A stretch of DNA of 63,142 bases, filler included, from an uncultured bacterium (lineage in GTDB: Bacteria > CAYJRR01): NCBI GenBank assembly GCA_964372275.1. It is 5 parts of 5 records of this genome, joined end to end, with 100 filler letters (N's around TTAATTAATTAA, not from the genome) between each part and the next. Parts side by side here need not be neighbours in the genome. Positions count along the whole stretch, not along the records: positions 13,089 to 25,872 come from CAYJRR010000128.1; positions 25,973 to 38,483 come from CAYJRR010000130.1; 3 more parts are not named here. One strand, written 5' to 3'. A model generated the notes under the pieces. The model worked only from the letters and a program-made list of their open reading frames with translations. It made no database searches and had not been told where the DNA came from. The position numbers and the translations under genes were made by a program. Below are positions 25,060 through 34,317 of this stretch, piece after piece; the stretch's first letter is position 1, and each line of letters opens with the position of its first letter.

Positions 25060-25575
25060 ATGCTCGTGGACCGGACCCCTTGCTGTCTCGCCCCCGCGCG
25101 GCGGCCTCGTTGCGGGACGCGCTTCCTCGAACTGCGGACGTGGGTCTGCCGCGTGACCGGAAAAGGGGTGCAGTTGGTGACGCTGGAGGGTGACGAGCAG
25201 GGACGGGCGCCGTTCTTCGCGCAGCCGGTCGGGTTCGACGGACGGAGGTTTCTTGTCGCCGCCGACCACGGCTGCGACACCGAGAAGCTGCTCCACGAGG
25301 CGTGCCATTGGCTGGTCGCGCCGAAAGTGCGCCGCGGGCGGCCGAACTACGGACTGGGTCCCGGTCCGCGCCTCGTCGACGATCGGACGTCCGACAACGA
25401 AGAGGTGACGGTCATGCTCCTGGAGCGGAGTTTGGCGCCCCACTTCGGGCTCGCCGAATCGAGGATCGCCAAGCCGGACTACAACGTCGCCGACCGCCGG
25501 AACGTCGACTGGGCCGCGTGCGAAGCGATCGCGCGAGACATCCTCACGCGCCTCGAATCGAGCCTCGCGGCCTGA
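25060..25575 (+). CDS. hypothetical HExxH protein, EpmC(YfcM)-like motif
   Basis: LLHEACHWLVA...RR..PNYGL followed by a downstream EE. Confidence 0.6.
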   Translation: MLVDRTPCCLAPARRPRCGTRFLELRTWVCRVTGKGVQLVTLEGDEQGRAPFFAQPVGFDGRRFLVAADHGCDTEKLLHEACHWLVAPKVRRGRPNYGLGPGPRLVDDRTSDNEEVTVMLLERSLAPHFGLAESRIAKPDYNVADRRNVDWAACEAIARDILTRLESSLAA

Positions 25576-25602
25576 GCGCGGCGGCGAGGCCCGACTCGAC
25601 GT

Positions 25603-25872
25603 CTACTTCGCCTTCATCAACGGGATCCGCATCCCGTAGAAGGAACGGTGGACGAAGTAGAGCGAGACGATGAAGAAGGCGATCGCCAGCGAGAGGCTCA
25701 CCGTGCGCGACATCTCGATCGCCAGCTCGACGGCGAGCAGGCCGAAGAGCGTGGTGAACTTGATGATCGGGTTCATCGCGACCGACGAGGTGTCCTTGAA
25801 CGGATCGCCCACGGTGTCGCCGACCACCGTCGCGGCATGCAGATCGGTGCCCTTCTGCTTGAGGTCGACCTC
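25603..25872 (-). CDS. hppA: membrane H+/Na+-translocating pyrophosphatase, C-terminal part (5' partial)
   Basis: HAATVVGDTVGDPFKDTS. Confidence 0.93.
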   Translation of the reverse strand, partial: EVDLKQKGTDLHAATVVGDTVGDPFKDTSSVAMNPIIKFTTLFGLLAVELAIEMSRTVSLSLAIAFFIVSLYFVHRSFYGMRIPLMKAK

Positions 25873-25972
25873 NNNNNNNNNNNNNNNNNNNNNNNNNNNN
25901 NNNNNNNNNNNNNNNNTTAATTAATTAANNNNNNNNNNNNNNNNNNNNNNNNNNNNNNNNNNNNNNNNNNNN
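25873..25972. other. artificial contig spacer
   Basis: N run with TTAATTAATTAA core. Confidence 0.98.
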
Positions 25973-26747
25973 GATCGCGGCGCCACCGTGATCGCGGGCG
26001 CCGGCGCGTCCGGCACGAGGCGGAGCGCCGGGCCGCCGTCGGCCCCCAGCTCTGCCACCGCTGGAACCCGAAGCTCCGCCAGCGCCCCGGCGCGCGGCGC
26101 GCCGCGATCAGCGCCGCCTCGATGGCGATCGTTCCCGACCCGCACATCGGATCGACGAACGGACGGCGTCCGCCCCAGGTGGTCGAGAGGATCATCGCCG
26201 CGGCCAGCGTCTCCTTCAGCGGCGCCGCGATCCCCCGTACCCGGTACCCCCGCTTGTAGAGCGGCTCGCCAGAGAGATTGAGCGAGACGTGGGCCCGGTC
26301 TCGATGCAGGTAGAGGACGATCCCGACGTCCGGATCCTTGGCGTCGACCGACGGGCGGCTCCCCAGCTCGTCGCGAATCCGGTCGACGATCGCGTCCTTG
26401 GCCTTGAGCGCGACGTAGTGCGAGTGCGTCAGCTTGGAGTCGGAGACTTTGGCGTCGACGGCGATCGTCTGGCTCGGCGAGACGTGCTCGACCCAGGGGA
26501 TCCGACGCATCCCGTCGTAGAGCGCGTCCGGCGTGGGGGCCTCGAAGTCGGCCAGCGGGCGGAGGACGCGCATTGCCGTGCGGAGATGGAGGTTTGCCCG
26601 CCAGGCGAGCTCCAGGTCGCCGCGGAAGCGGACCAGGCCGCGCTCCGCCTGGACCGAGACGGCCCCCAGCTCCTCCAGCTCCTCGGCCAGGATCCGCTCG
26701 GTCCCGCGGGCTGCGGTGGCGAGGAAGGTCTGCAGGCGCGGAGGCAT
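25973..26747 (-). CDS. THUMP-domain 23S rRNA methyltransferase, RlmL-like (3' partial)
   Basis: RANLHLRTAMRVL, KDAIVD, LYKRGYR, APLKETLAA, DPMCGSGT. Confidence 0.9.
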
Positions 26748-26749
26748 CG

Positions 26750-27532
26750 CTATTTCGACGCGCGGAAGAGGCGCTCGGCGACGGCGCGGACGACCGGACG
26801 CGGGGTGAACTTGGCGGCCAGCGCGCCGACCTTGTTCGCGACGCCCGGGATGGCGATCGGGGTCCCGGCGAGCATCGCGCGCACGCCGAGCTTCGCCACC
26901 GGACGGGAGCTCATGAAGACCATCTTCGGGGGTTTCAACCCCCTGGTAGCGTAGCCGCCGACTTCGAAGAACTCGGTGGTGGTCGGCCCCGGGCACAGGG
27001 CACAGACCTTCACCCCCTTGGTCGCGGTCTCGACCGACAGCGCCTCGGAGAACGACAGAACGAACGATTTCGTCGCCGAGTAGACCGCCTGGTGAGGGGT
27101 CGGCTGGAACGCCGCCGTCGACGCGACGTTCAGGACGTATCCCTTCCTTCTCGAAAGGAAGCCCGGAAGGAAGACCCCCGTGAACTCGACCAACGACCGC
27201 ACGTTGAGATCGATCATCTCCAGCGCCTGCGGCAGCGGGACGTCGTCGAAGTCCCCGTAGAACCCCTTGCCGGCGTTGTTCACCAGCGCCTCCGGGATTC
27301 CCAACCGTTCGGCCGCCTCGAGCGCCTTGCGCGCGGCGCCGGCCCCCGTGACGTCCAGGCCGAGCACGTGTGCCGTGCCTCCGGCTTGGCGGACGGCCGA
27401 CGCGGTCTCTTCGAGCTTGTCGGTCCGCCGGGCCAGCAGGAGCGGTTCGAAGCCGGTGCGGGCCAGCTCCACCGAGAGGTCGCGCCCGATCCCCACGGAG
27501 GCGCCGGTCACCACCGCAATCCTGGCAGACAT
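26750..27532 (-). CDS. SDR family oxidoreductase
   Basis: TGASVGIG, NNAG, YSATK, LCPGPT. Confidence 0.93.
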   Translation of the reverse strand: MSARIAVVTGASVGIGRDLSVELARTGFEPLLLARRTDKLEETASAVRQAGGTAHVLGLDVTGAGAARKALEAAERLGIPEALVNNAGKGFYGDFDDVPLPQALEMIDLNVRSLVEFTGVFLPGFLSRRKGYVLNVASTAAFQPTPHQAVYSATKSFVLSFSEALSVETATKGVKVCALCPGPTTTEFFEVGGYATRGLKPPKMVFMSSRPVAKLGVRAMLAGTPIAIPGVANKVGALAAKFTPRPVVRAVAERLFRASK

Positions 27533-27560
27533 GGCGGGGATCCTACATGATCCGGCCGGA

Positions 27561-28643
27561 ATGCCAGATCGGATCGCCCTCGAGGAGCGGATCGCGCGTC
27601 TCAAGGCCGAGGAGGCGCTGCGCGAGACCCAGGCGCGCCTGCACACGATCATCGACGCCGCGCCGATCGTGCTGTGGTCGATGGATCCCGACGGCATCGT
27701 CACCCTCTCCGAAGGAAAGGGGCTCGAATCGCTGGGCTTGAAGCCGGGTCAGCTCGTCGGCCGGTCGCTCTTCGAGCTGTACGGCCACCTCCCCGGCGCG
27801 GCCGACAGGTTCCGTCGCGCCTTGGCGGGGGAGGAGCTCACGTCGAGCAATTCGACGCAGGGGCAGACGTTCGAGACCCGCTACGTCCCGCGGCGCGACG
27901 AAGGCGGCCGGGTGCAGGAGGTGGTCGGCGTGTCGTTGAACGTCACCGAACGCCTGCGGATGGAGGAGGCGCTGCGCGGGCTTTCCCGGCGCCTCTGGTC
28001 GGCCCAGGAGGAGGAGCGGCGCCGCGTCGCCGCCGAGCTCGAGGCGGAGGCCGGACGGGTGATGGCGACGCTGGAGCGAGTGCTCCAGGACGCGGCGCAC
28101 GAAGTGGACGCCGGACGGCTGGACGCGCTGCTCTCCGAAGGGGCGAAGCTCGCGACGGACGTTCTGAACGGGTTGCGCCGGCAAGCCGCCGAGCTCCGGC
28201 CGGCGGCGCTCGACGAGCTGGGACTCCTCCCGGCCCTGCGCGCCGCGATCGACGCCTTCGTGAGGAGGACCGGCATCCGCGCCGAGCTCGCGGCCGACGA
28301 GCCGGAGGACACCACCTCGCGGCCGGCGCACGCCGAGTGCGAAGAGGCCGCCTTCCGCTTCGTCCAGGAGGCGCTGCGAAACACCGCGCGCCACGCCCGG
28401 GCGAGCCGGGTCCGCATCGCGCTCGAGCGGCCGGACGGGTGGCTCCGGGCGACGGTGGAGGACGACGGGATCGGCTTCGACGTCGAGGAGGCGTTGCGAT
28501 CGACGCACGTCGGCCTCGCCGAGATCCGGGAGCGGGCGCGGATGCTCGGTGGACGCGCCCACTTCCGCTCCCGGGCGGGCGGCGGCACGTCGCTGTCGGT
28601 GGAGCTGCCGAACGAACCGCCCGCGGTCGGTGATTCCCGATGA
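27561..28643 (+). CDS. PAS-HisKA_3-HATPase kinase paralog lacking the phospho-His
   Basis: PAS; H-box reads VAAELEAEAG; N box QEALRN and DDGIGF retained. Confidence 0.85.
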   Translation: MPDRIALEERIARLKAEEALRETQARLHTIIDAAPIVLWSMDPDGIVTLSEGKGLESLGLKPGQLVGRSLFELYGHLPGAADRFRRALAGEELTSSNSTQGQTFETRYVPRRDEGGRVQEVVGVSLNVTERLRMEEALRGLSRRLWSAQEEERRRVAAELEAEAGRVMATLERVLQDAAHEVDAGRLDALLSEGAKLATDVLNGLRRQAAELRPAALDELGLLPALRAAIDAFVRRTGIRAELAADEPEDTTSRPAHAECEEAAFRFVQEALRNTARHARASRVRIALERPDGWLRATVEDDGIGFDVEEALRSTHVGLAEIRERARMLGGRAHFRSRAGGGTSLSVELPNEPPAVGDSR

Positions 28644-29695
28644 GCCTCGATCCCGATCGCGAACGAAGCCTGCGGCTCCGCGCGGAGGAGGCGCTGCAGA
28701 CGCTCGAAGAGCGCCTGCGCACCCTCCTCGACCATGCGCCGGTGATCCTCTGGGCGATGGACGCGAAGGGGATCGTGACGTTGTCCGAAGGGAAGGGGCT
28801 CGCGGCGCTCGGATTCAAGCCCGGAGAGCTGGTCGGGCGCGCCACGCAGGAGCTGTACACCGAGCCGCACCTGGTCGAGAACAACCGAAGGGCGCTGGCC
28901 GGCGAAGCGTTCACCAGCGTAGACGCGGTGGGCGACAAGGTGCTCGAGACCCGCTTCACGCCACGCTTCGATGCGCAGCGAAGACTGGTCGGCGTGGTCG
29001 CGGTGTCGGTCGACGTGACGGAACGCACGCGGGCGGAGGAGGCGCTGCGCGGACTCTCGCGCCGGCTGTGGTCGCTGCAGGAGGCGGAACGCCGGCGGAT
29101 CGCCCGCGAGCTGCACGACGAGGCCGGGCAATCGATCACCGCGCTCAAGATGAACCTCGATCGCGCGCGCCGGGAGAACGACGGCGGCCGCGTCCGTGCC
29201 CTGGTGGAGGAGGCGGCGGAGCTGGCGGCCCACGTCCGGGTCGAATTGGGGCGCATCGCACAGGACCTGAAGCCGGCGGCGCTCTCCGAGCGCGGACTGG
29301 TGCCGGCATTGCGCGCGCTCCTGGAGGGGTTCCGGCATCGGACGGGAGTCGAATTCGAGCTGACCGAGAGCGGCAACGGTCCGCCTCCCGTCGCCGATCT
29401 CGGCGCGACCGCCGAGACGACCGTCTTCCGTTTCGTGCAGGAGGCGCTGACCAACGTCTCCCGCCACGCCCGGGCGCGCTCGGTCCGGGTCGCTCTGGAG
29501 CGGGAAGACGGGATCCACCGCGTGACCGTCGCCGACGACGGGGTCGGATTCGACGTCGGAAGCGCCCTGGCGCGCAATCAGCTCGGACTCCTCGGCATGC
29601 GCGAGCGCGCGCGGATGCTCGGGGGCCAGGTCCGCATCGACTCCGAGCCGGGACGCGGCGCGCGGCTGACGATCGAGCTCCCCGCCCGCTGCTAG
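28640..29695 (+). CDS. PAS sensor histidine kinase (HisKA_3)
   Basis: IARELHDEAGQ, QEALTN, DDGVGF, GLLGMRER. Confidence 0.93.
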   Translation: MSLDPDRERSLRLRAEEALQTLEERLRTLLDHAPVILWAMDAKGIVTLSEGKGLAALGFKPGELVGRATQELYTEPHLVENNRRALAGEAFTSVDAVGDKVLETRFTPRFDAQRRLVGVVAVSVDVTERTRAEEALRGLSRRLWSLQEAERRRIARELHDEAGQSITALKMNLDRARRENDGGRVRALVEEAAELAAHVRVELGRIAQDLKPAALSERGLVPALRALLEGFRHRTGVEFELTESGNGPPPVADLGATAETTVFRFVQEALTNVSRHARARSVRVALEREDGIHRVTVADDGVGFDVGSALARNQLGLLGMRERARMLGGQVRIDSEPGRGARLTIELPARC

Positions 29696-29696
29696 A

Positions 29697-30113
29697 ATGC
29701 GCCGGCCCATGTCCGCCCGTTCGGGCTCCACCCATCGTCGTTCCGGGCCGCTGCCGGCGCGCGCATTGCGCGTGATCCGAGCGGTCGCAGAGGCGCAGTA
29801 CGCGCCGGAGCCGTCGACCGCCGAGGCGCGCCTCGACGGGCTCCTCGACGACCTCTCCGACTTTCTGCGAAAGGCGGGGCCGAAGACGACGGTCGCGATC
29901 CGCCTCGCCGCGGCGGCGATCCAACTATCGCCGCCGCTCCACGGCCGTTTCGGTCGGTTCACGTCGCTCGCGCCGGAGGCGAGGCGGCAGCACCTTCTCG
30001 CGATCGAGCGGACCGCGCTCGCGAAGGCCTATCTCGGTCTGAAGACGCTCCTTTGCATCCTCTGGTTCGAGCAGCCGGGCGATCCCGACCTGCCGGCCAA
30101 GGTGGCGATGTGA
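29697..30113 (+). CDS. small partner protein of GMC oxidoreductase (start may be 29709)
   Basis: RFTSLAPEARR.HL pattern; stop overlaps the GMC start (GTGA). Confidence 0.6.
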   Translation: MRRPMSARSGSTHRRSGPLPARALRVIRAVAEAQYAPEPSTAEARLDGLLDDLSDFLRKAGPKTTVAIRLAAAAIQLSPPLHGRFGRFTSLAPEARRQHLLAIERTALAKAYLGLKTLLCILWFEQPGDPDLPAKVAM

Positions 30114-31645
30114 CCGAGCCGGCGCCGATCGTCGACGGCCGTCACCTTCCCCGGAAGGATCTGCGGTTCGACGCCGACGCGGTGGTGGTCGGCTCCGGCG
30201 CGGGGGGCGCGGTGGTCGCCACCGAGCTGGCGGAGGCGGGTCTCGACGTCGTGGTGCTCGAGGAGGGGGGGCACACGCCGCCCGAGGTCTACGGATCGCT
30301 CCGGCCGAGCGAATCGTTGCGCCGCCTCGGCCGCGAGGCCGGCACCACGGCGGCGATCCCGATCGGGGACTCGCCGCTGATCGGCGTGATGATGGGCCGG
30401 ACGGTCGGCGGCTCCTCGACGATGACGGGAGGCGTCTGTTTTCGCGTCCCGTCGTCGATCCTCCGCCACTGGGAGCGCGTCCACCGGCTCGACGGCTACT
30501 CCGAGGAGCGGATGGAGCCCTACTACCGCCGCGTGGAGACGGCGATGCGTGTCTCGGAGACGCCGGCCGAACTGCGCAGCCGATCGACCGCGCTCTTCGG
30601 CGAGGGGGCCGCCCGCCTCGGCTATCCGTTGAAGCCGATGCGCCGGAACATGGTCGGTTGCGTCGGGATGTCGCGTTGCAACTTCGGCTGTCCGCGGCAG
30701 GCGAAGATGTCGGTCGACCTTTCCTACCTCCCGCGCGCGCGCGCGAAGGGGGCGCGGATCTTCGCCGACGTGCGCGTCGACCGGGTGACGCGGCGGGACG
30801 GTCGCGCCGGCGGCGTCGAGGGGCGATTGCTCAACGGTCCGAATGGAAGTCCCGGAGCGCGCCTGTCGGTCGTGGCGCCGATCGTGGTCGTCGCGGCAGG
30901 AACCGTCCACACCCCCGCGATCCTCCGCCGCTCGCGCGTCGGCGTGGGGAGCGGCGCGCTCGGGCGCAATCTCACCCTTCACCCCAGCTTTCGCGCCGCC
31001 GCCGTCTTCGACGAGGAGGTTCGTGGATGGGAGGGCGCGCTGCAGGGGGCCTACTCCGACCACTTCGAGCACGAGGGGATCACCCTCAATTCGGCCTTTC
31101 TCCCCTTGAACCTCCTCGCCGCCACCGTCCCGGGCGCGGGCCGTGAGTACCTGGAAGATGTCCGTCGCATGGGACGGCTCGCCGTCTTCGGCGCGTTGGT
31201 GCACGACGACGGCGGCGGCCGTCTGTGGCGCGGTCCTGGCCGCGAACCGATCATCACCTACCGCCTGTCGCGCCGCGACAAGTCGCGCATGCTGCACGGG
31301 ATCCGCATCCTGGCGCGCACCTTCTTCGAGGCCGGCGCGCGGAAGGTGATGCTGCCGATCTTCGGAGCGGCGCCGCTGACCTCCCCCGACCAGATCGACG
31401 CGATCGACGAACGGATCCCGGCCGGGCGTCTCGAGACGGTGTCGTTCCACCCGCTCGGGACGGCGCGCATGGGGGTCGACGACCGGCGCGCGGTCGTCTC
31501 CCCCACCGGAGAGACGTTCGACCTGCCGGGACTGTGGGTCGCCGACGGCTCGATCTTCCCCACCAGCATCGGCGTCAACAGTCAGTTGCCGATCATGGCG
31601 ATGGCGACCCGGATCGCCTTTCAACTGCTCGACCGGGCGTTGTAG
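30110..31645 (+). CDS. GMC family oxidoreductase
   Basis: VGSGAGG, GRTVGGSS, HPLGTARMG, DGSIFPTSIGVNSQ. Confidence 0.93.
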   Translation: MTEPAPIVDGRHLPRKDLRFDADAVVVGSGAGGAVVATELAEAGLDVVVLEEGGHTPPEVYGSLRPSESLRRLGREAGTTAAIPIGDSPLIGVMMGRTVGGSSTMTGGVCFRVPSSILRHWERVHRLDGYSEERMEPYYRRVETAMRVSETPAELRSRSTALFGEGAARLGYPLKPMRRNMVGCVGMSRCNFGCPRQAKMSVDLSYLPRARAKGARIFADVRVDRVTRRDGRAGGVEGRLLNGPNGSPGARLSVVAPIVVVAAGTVHTPAILRRSRVGVGSGALGRNLTLHPSFRAAAVFDEEVRGWEGALQGAYSDHFEHEGITLNSAFLPLNLLAATVPGAGREYLEDVRRMGRLAVFGALVHDDGGGRLWRGPGREPIITYRLSRRDKSRMLHGIRILARTFFEAGARKVMLPIFGAAPLTSPDQIDAIDERIPAGRLETVSFHPLGTARMGVDDRRAVVSPTGETFDLPGLWVADGSIFPTSIGVNSQLPIMAMATRIAFQLLDRAL

Positions 31646-31666
31646 CGCCGCGCGCGGCGGTCGACG

Positions 31667-32533
31667 CTAGCGGACGTAGTACTCCATCGAATCGAGGCCG
31701 GTGAAGGTGTTCGAGAGGATGGGCGCTCCATTGCATGCCTGGGAGGCGGTCTTTCCGAAGATGTCGGGGGTGGCGTTCGGGTAGCTCGCCATTGGCCGCG
31801 GCGGATTGAAGTAGTTGCATCCGTAGGTCGGGCAGGTCGAACAACAGTAGTTGTAGGTCCACGGGACGGCGCTGCATCCGTTGACGCACGCCTGCCCGGT
31901 TGCCGCCGGACCGTTGTCGGTGGTCGAGAACGAGCTGGTATAGAAGATCAGCGCGCCGGACGGCTGCGTCACCCCGTCGATGCGCGCGCCACCGCCCGCC
32001 GGAATCGTCCACGTCCCCGTGCTCGCGCGGTAGTACTGCGGCGCGCAGACGGCGTTGTCGCTTGCGCGCCGGGCACGCACCACCAGCAGGTGCTCCCGGT
32101 TCGCCGCGAGCGTCGGCCAATGACGACCGGCGATGCGAAACGCGCCCGAGGGCGCTCCGATGTTGTTCGAGTAGAACGTCTGATAGTTGGTGATCAGGGT
32201 CTGGCTTTGGGCCCAGTCCCAGACGGTGCGCTGCACCAGCGTCCAGCCCCCGCCGTCGATCGTCATCAGGCAGGTCGTCTCGAGCTCGCCGGTTCCCGCC
32301 GGATCGATCCAGTAGGGGCCGTCCCCGCCCGAGCCGCCCCCCTGCAGGATGTCGAGGCAGGACCGGCCGGGGCGCAGGTGGGAGCCGAGCGGCGGCGTCG
32401 GAGTCGGCGTCGAAGACGAAGGGGTTCCGGTGCTGGCGGGGGATTCCGAATAGTCGAGCTGCGTCTCGCACCCGACGAGTGCGAACCCCCCCAGCAGGAG
32501 CGCCAGTCCCGCCCGATCCCCTCTGGCGCGCAT
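31667..32533 (-). CDS. lipoprotein with fibrinogen-like domain
   Basis: lipobox LVGC; SCLDI..DGPYWIDP..TCLM..DGGGWTLVQR; Cys-rich C-terminus. Confidence 0.75.
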   Translation of the reverse strand: MRARGDRAGLALLLGGFALVGCETQLDYSESPASTGTPSSSTPTPTPPLGSHLRPGRSCLDILQGGGSGGDGPYWIDPAGTGELETTCLMTIDGGGWTLVQRTVWDWAQSQTLITNYQTFYSNNIGAPSGAFRIAGRHWPTLAANREHLLVVRARRASDNAVCAPQYYRASTGTWTIPAGGGARIDGVTQPSGALIFYTSSFSTTDNGPAATGQACVNGCSAVPWTYNYCCSTCPTYGCNYFNPPRPMASYPNATPDIFGKTASQACNGAPILSNTFTGLDSMEYYVR

Positions 32534-32640
32534 GAAGGCGATCTTACCAGCCGCCGGCGCGGCGGTCAGGCCCGCGTCCCGCCGGCTTTCCGGATGACGC
32601 AGTGCGTAGCGCGTGGTAACGTCGACTTGACGCGCACTTG

Positions 32641-34317
32641 ATGGATCCCACCGGACGTAGCGCACCCGTGGAACGACGGCTCGTGGCGCTGGAGGCGGCG
32701 CGGAAGGTCACGCGTGGCGTGGCGCAGGCGCTGGCGCGCCGGTCGAGCGATCCGGAGCGACATCCGGTCGCGGCGTTCGACCTGGCGACCTCCGCCGCCG
32801 AGCTCGCCGCGGCGGAAGCGGCCGGCGATTTCGCGATCGGCCTGTCGCGCGACGGCCGTCCGGGGGAGCTCGAGGAGGATCTCGCGTCGGCGTTTCTCGC
32901 GGACGCGGTCGTCGCGCTTCGGGCGAGGGTCGCCGCACGCTCGACGGAGATCGGCGTCGATCCGGCAGTCTGGGGCGTCCTTGACCGGCCCGAAACGCGG
33001 TCGTTCGTGGAGGAGAGCCTCTCGGCGCGAGCGACCGACCGCATCGTCGACGGACTGTCGGAACGCCGTCCGGCTCCGGGCTTGACCGACGACCAGTCCG
33101 CGTTCGCGGAGGCGTTCCGGCAGTTCGCGCGCGACGTGGTCGCACCGAGGGCGGAGGAGATCCACCGCCGCGATCGGCTCGTCCCGCCGGAGATCGTCGA
33201 CGGGCTCAAGCGGATGGGGGCGTTCGGGCTGTCGATCCCGCAGAAGTTCGGCGGGATCCAGTCCGACGAGCGTCCCGACAACATGGGGATGGTGGTGGTC
33301 ACCGAACAGCTCTCCCGCGCGTCGCTCGCCGCGGCGGGGTCGCTCATCACCCGGCCGGAGATCCTCGCCAAGGCGTTGCTCAAGGGCGGCACCGACGCGC
33401 AGAAGGCGGCGTGGCTGCCGCGACTCGCGTCGGGCGAGACGATGGTCGCGGTGGCGGTGACCGAGCCGGACGTGGGATCGGACGTCGCCGGCCTCAAGGT
33501 CACCGCCACCCGCACCGGCGACCACGGCGGCGGTTGGCGGCTCAACGGCGCGAAGACCTGGTGCACCTTCGCCGGCTTCGCCGACGCGCTCATGGTCCTG
33601 GCGCGGACCGATCCCGATCCGGCAAAAAGGCATCGCGGGCTCTCGCTCTTCATCGTCGAGAAGCCGTCGTTCGAGGGGCACGAGTTCCGGGCCGTACAGG
33701 GCGGCGACGGCGGACGCTTCGCCGGAAGCGGAACGCTGACCGGGCGCGCGATCCCGACGATCGGCTACCGCGGCATGCACTCCTTCGAGCTGTCGTTTCA
33801 GGACTGGTTCGTGCCAGCGGCGAACCTCGTCGGCGGCGAAGGCCAGGGCTTCTACCTGCAGATGGAGGGCTTCGCCGGCGGGCGACTGCAGACGGCGGCG
33901 CGCGCGCTCGGGGTGATGCAGGCGTCGTTCGACGAAGCCTTCCGGTACGCACGCGAGCGGCGGTTGTTCGGCAGGGCGGAGATCGAGCTCGGCCTGATCC
34001 GGCACAAGCTGGCGCGGATGGCGGCGGCGCTGCACGCCTGCCGGCAGTCGACCTACCGCGCCGCGAGGCGCGTCGACGAGGGGGACGGAGGGTTCGAGTC
34101 GTCGCTGGTGAAGTTGTTCGCCGGCCGGGCGGCGGAGTGGGTGACCCGCGAGGCGATGCAGATCCACGGCGGGATGGGATACGCGGAGGAGTTCCCCGTC
34201 TCCCGCTACTTCCTCGACGCGCGGGTGCTGTCGATCTTCGAAGGGGCCGAAGAGGTGCTCGCGTTGCGCGTCGTCGCGCGCGAGCTGATCGAGCGGGCGG
34301 CGGAGGCGGCGGCGTGA
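32641..34317 (+). CDS. mcd: acyl-CoA dehydrogenase, probable (2S)-methylsuccinyl-CoA dehydrogenase
   Basis: ~558-aa ACAD with N-terminal extension; GSLITRPEI, GYRGM, RLQTAARA.G, DARVLSIFEGAEE; operon with ecm/ccr. Confidence 0.8.
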   Translation: MDPTGRSAPVERRLVALEAARKVTRGVAQALARRSSDPERHPVAAFDLATSAAELAAAEAAGDFAIGLSRDGRPGELEEDLASAFLADAVVALRARVAARSTEIGVDPAVWGVLDRPETRSFVEESLSARATDRIVDGLSERRPAPGLTDDQSAFAEAFRQFARDVVAPRAEEIHRRDRLVPPEIVDGLKRMGAFGLSIPQKFGGIQSDERPDNMGMVVVTEQLSRASLAAAGSLITRPEILAKALLKGGTDAQKAAWLPRLASGETMVAVAVTEPDVGSDVAGLKVTATRTGDHGGGWRLNGAKTWCTFAGFADALMVLARTDPDPAKRHRGLSLFIVEKPSFEGHEFRAVQGGDGGRFAGSGTLTGRAIPTIGYRGMHSFELSFQDWFVPAANLVGGEGQGFYLQMEGFAGGRLQTAARALGVMQASFDEAFRYARERRLFGRAEIELGLIRHKLARMAAALHACRQSTYRAARRVDEGDGGFESSLVKLFAGRAAEWVTREAMQIHGGMGYAEEFPVSRYFLDARVLSIFEGAEEVLALRVVARELIERAAEAAA

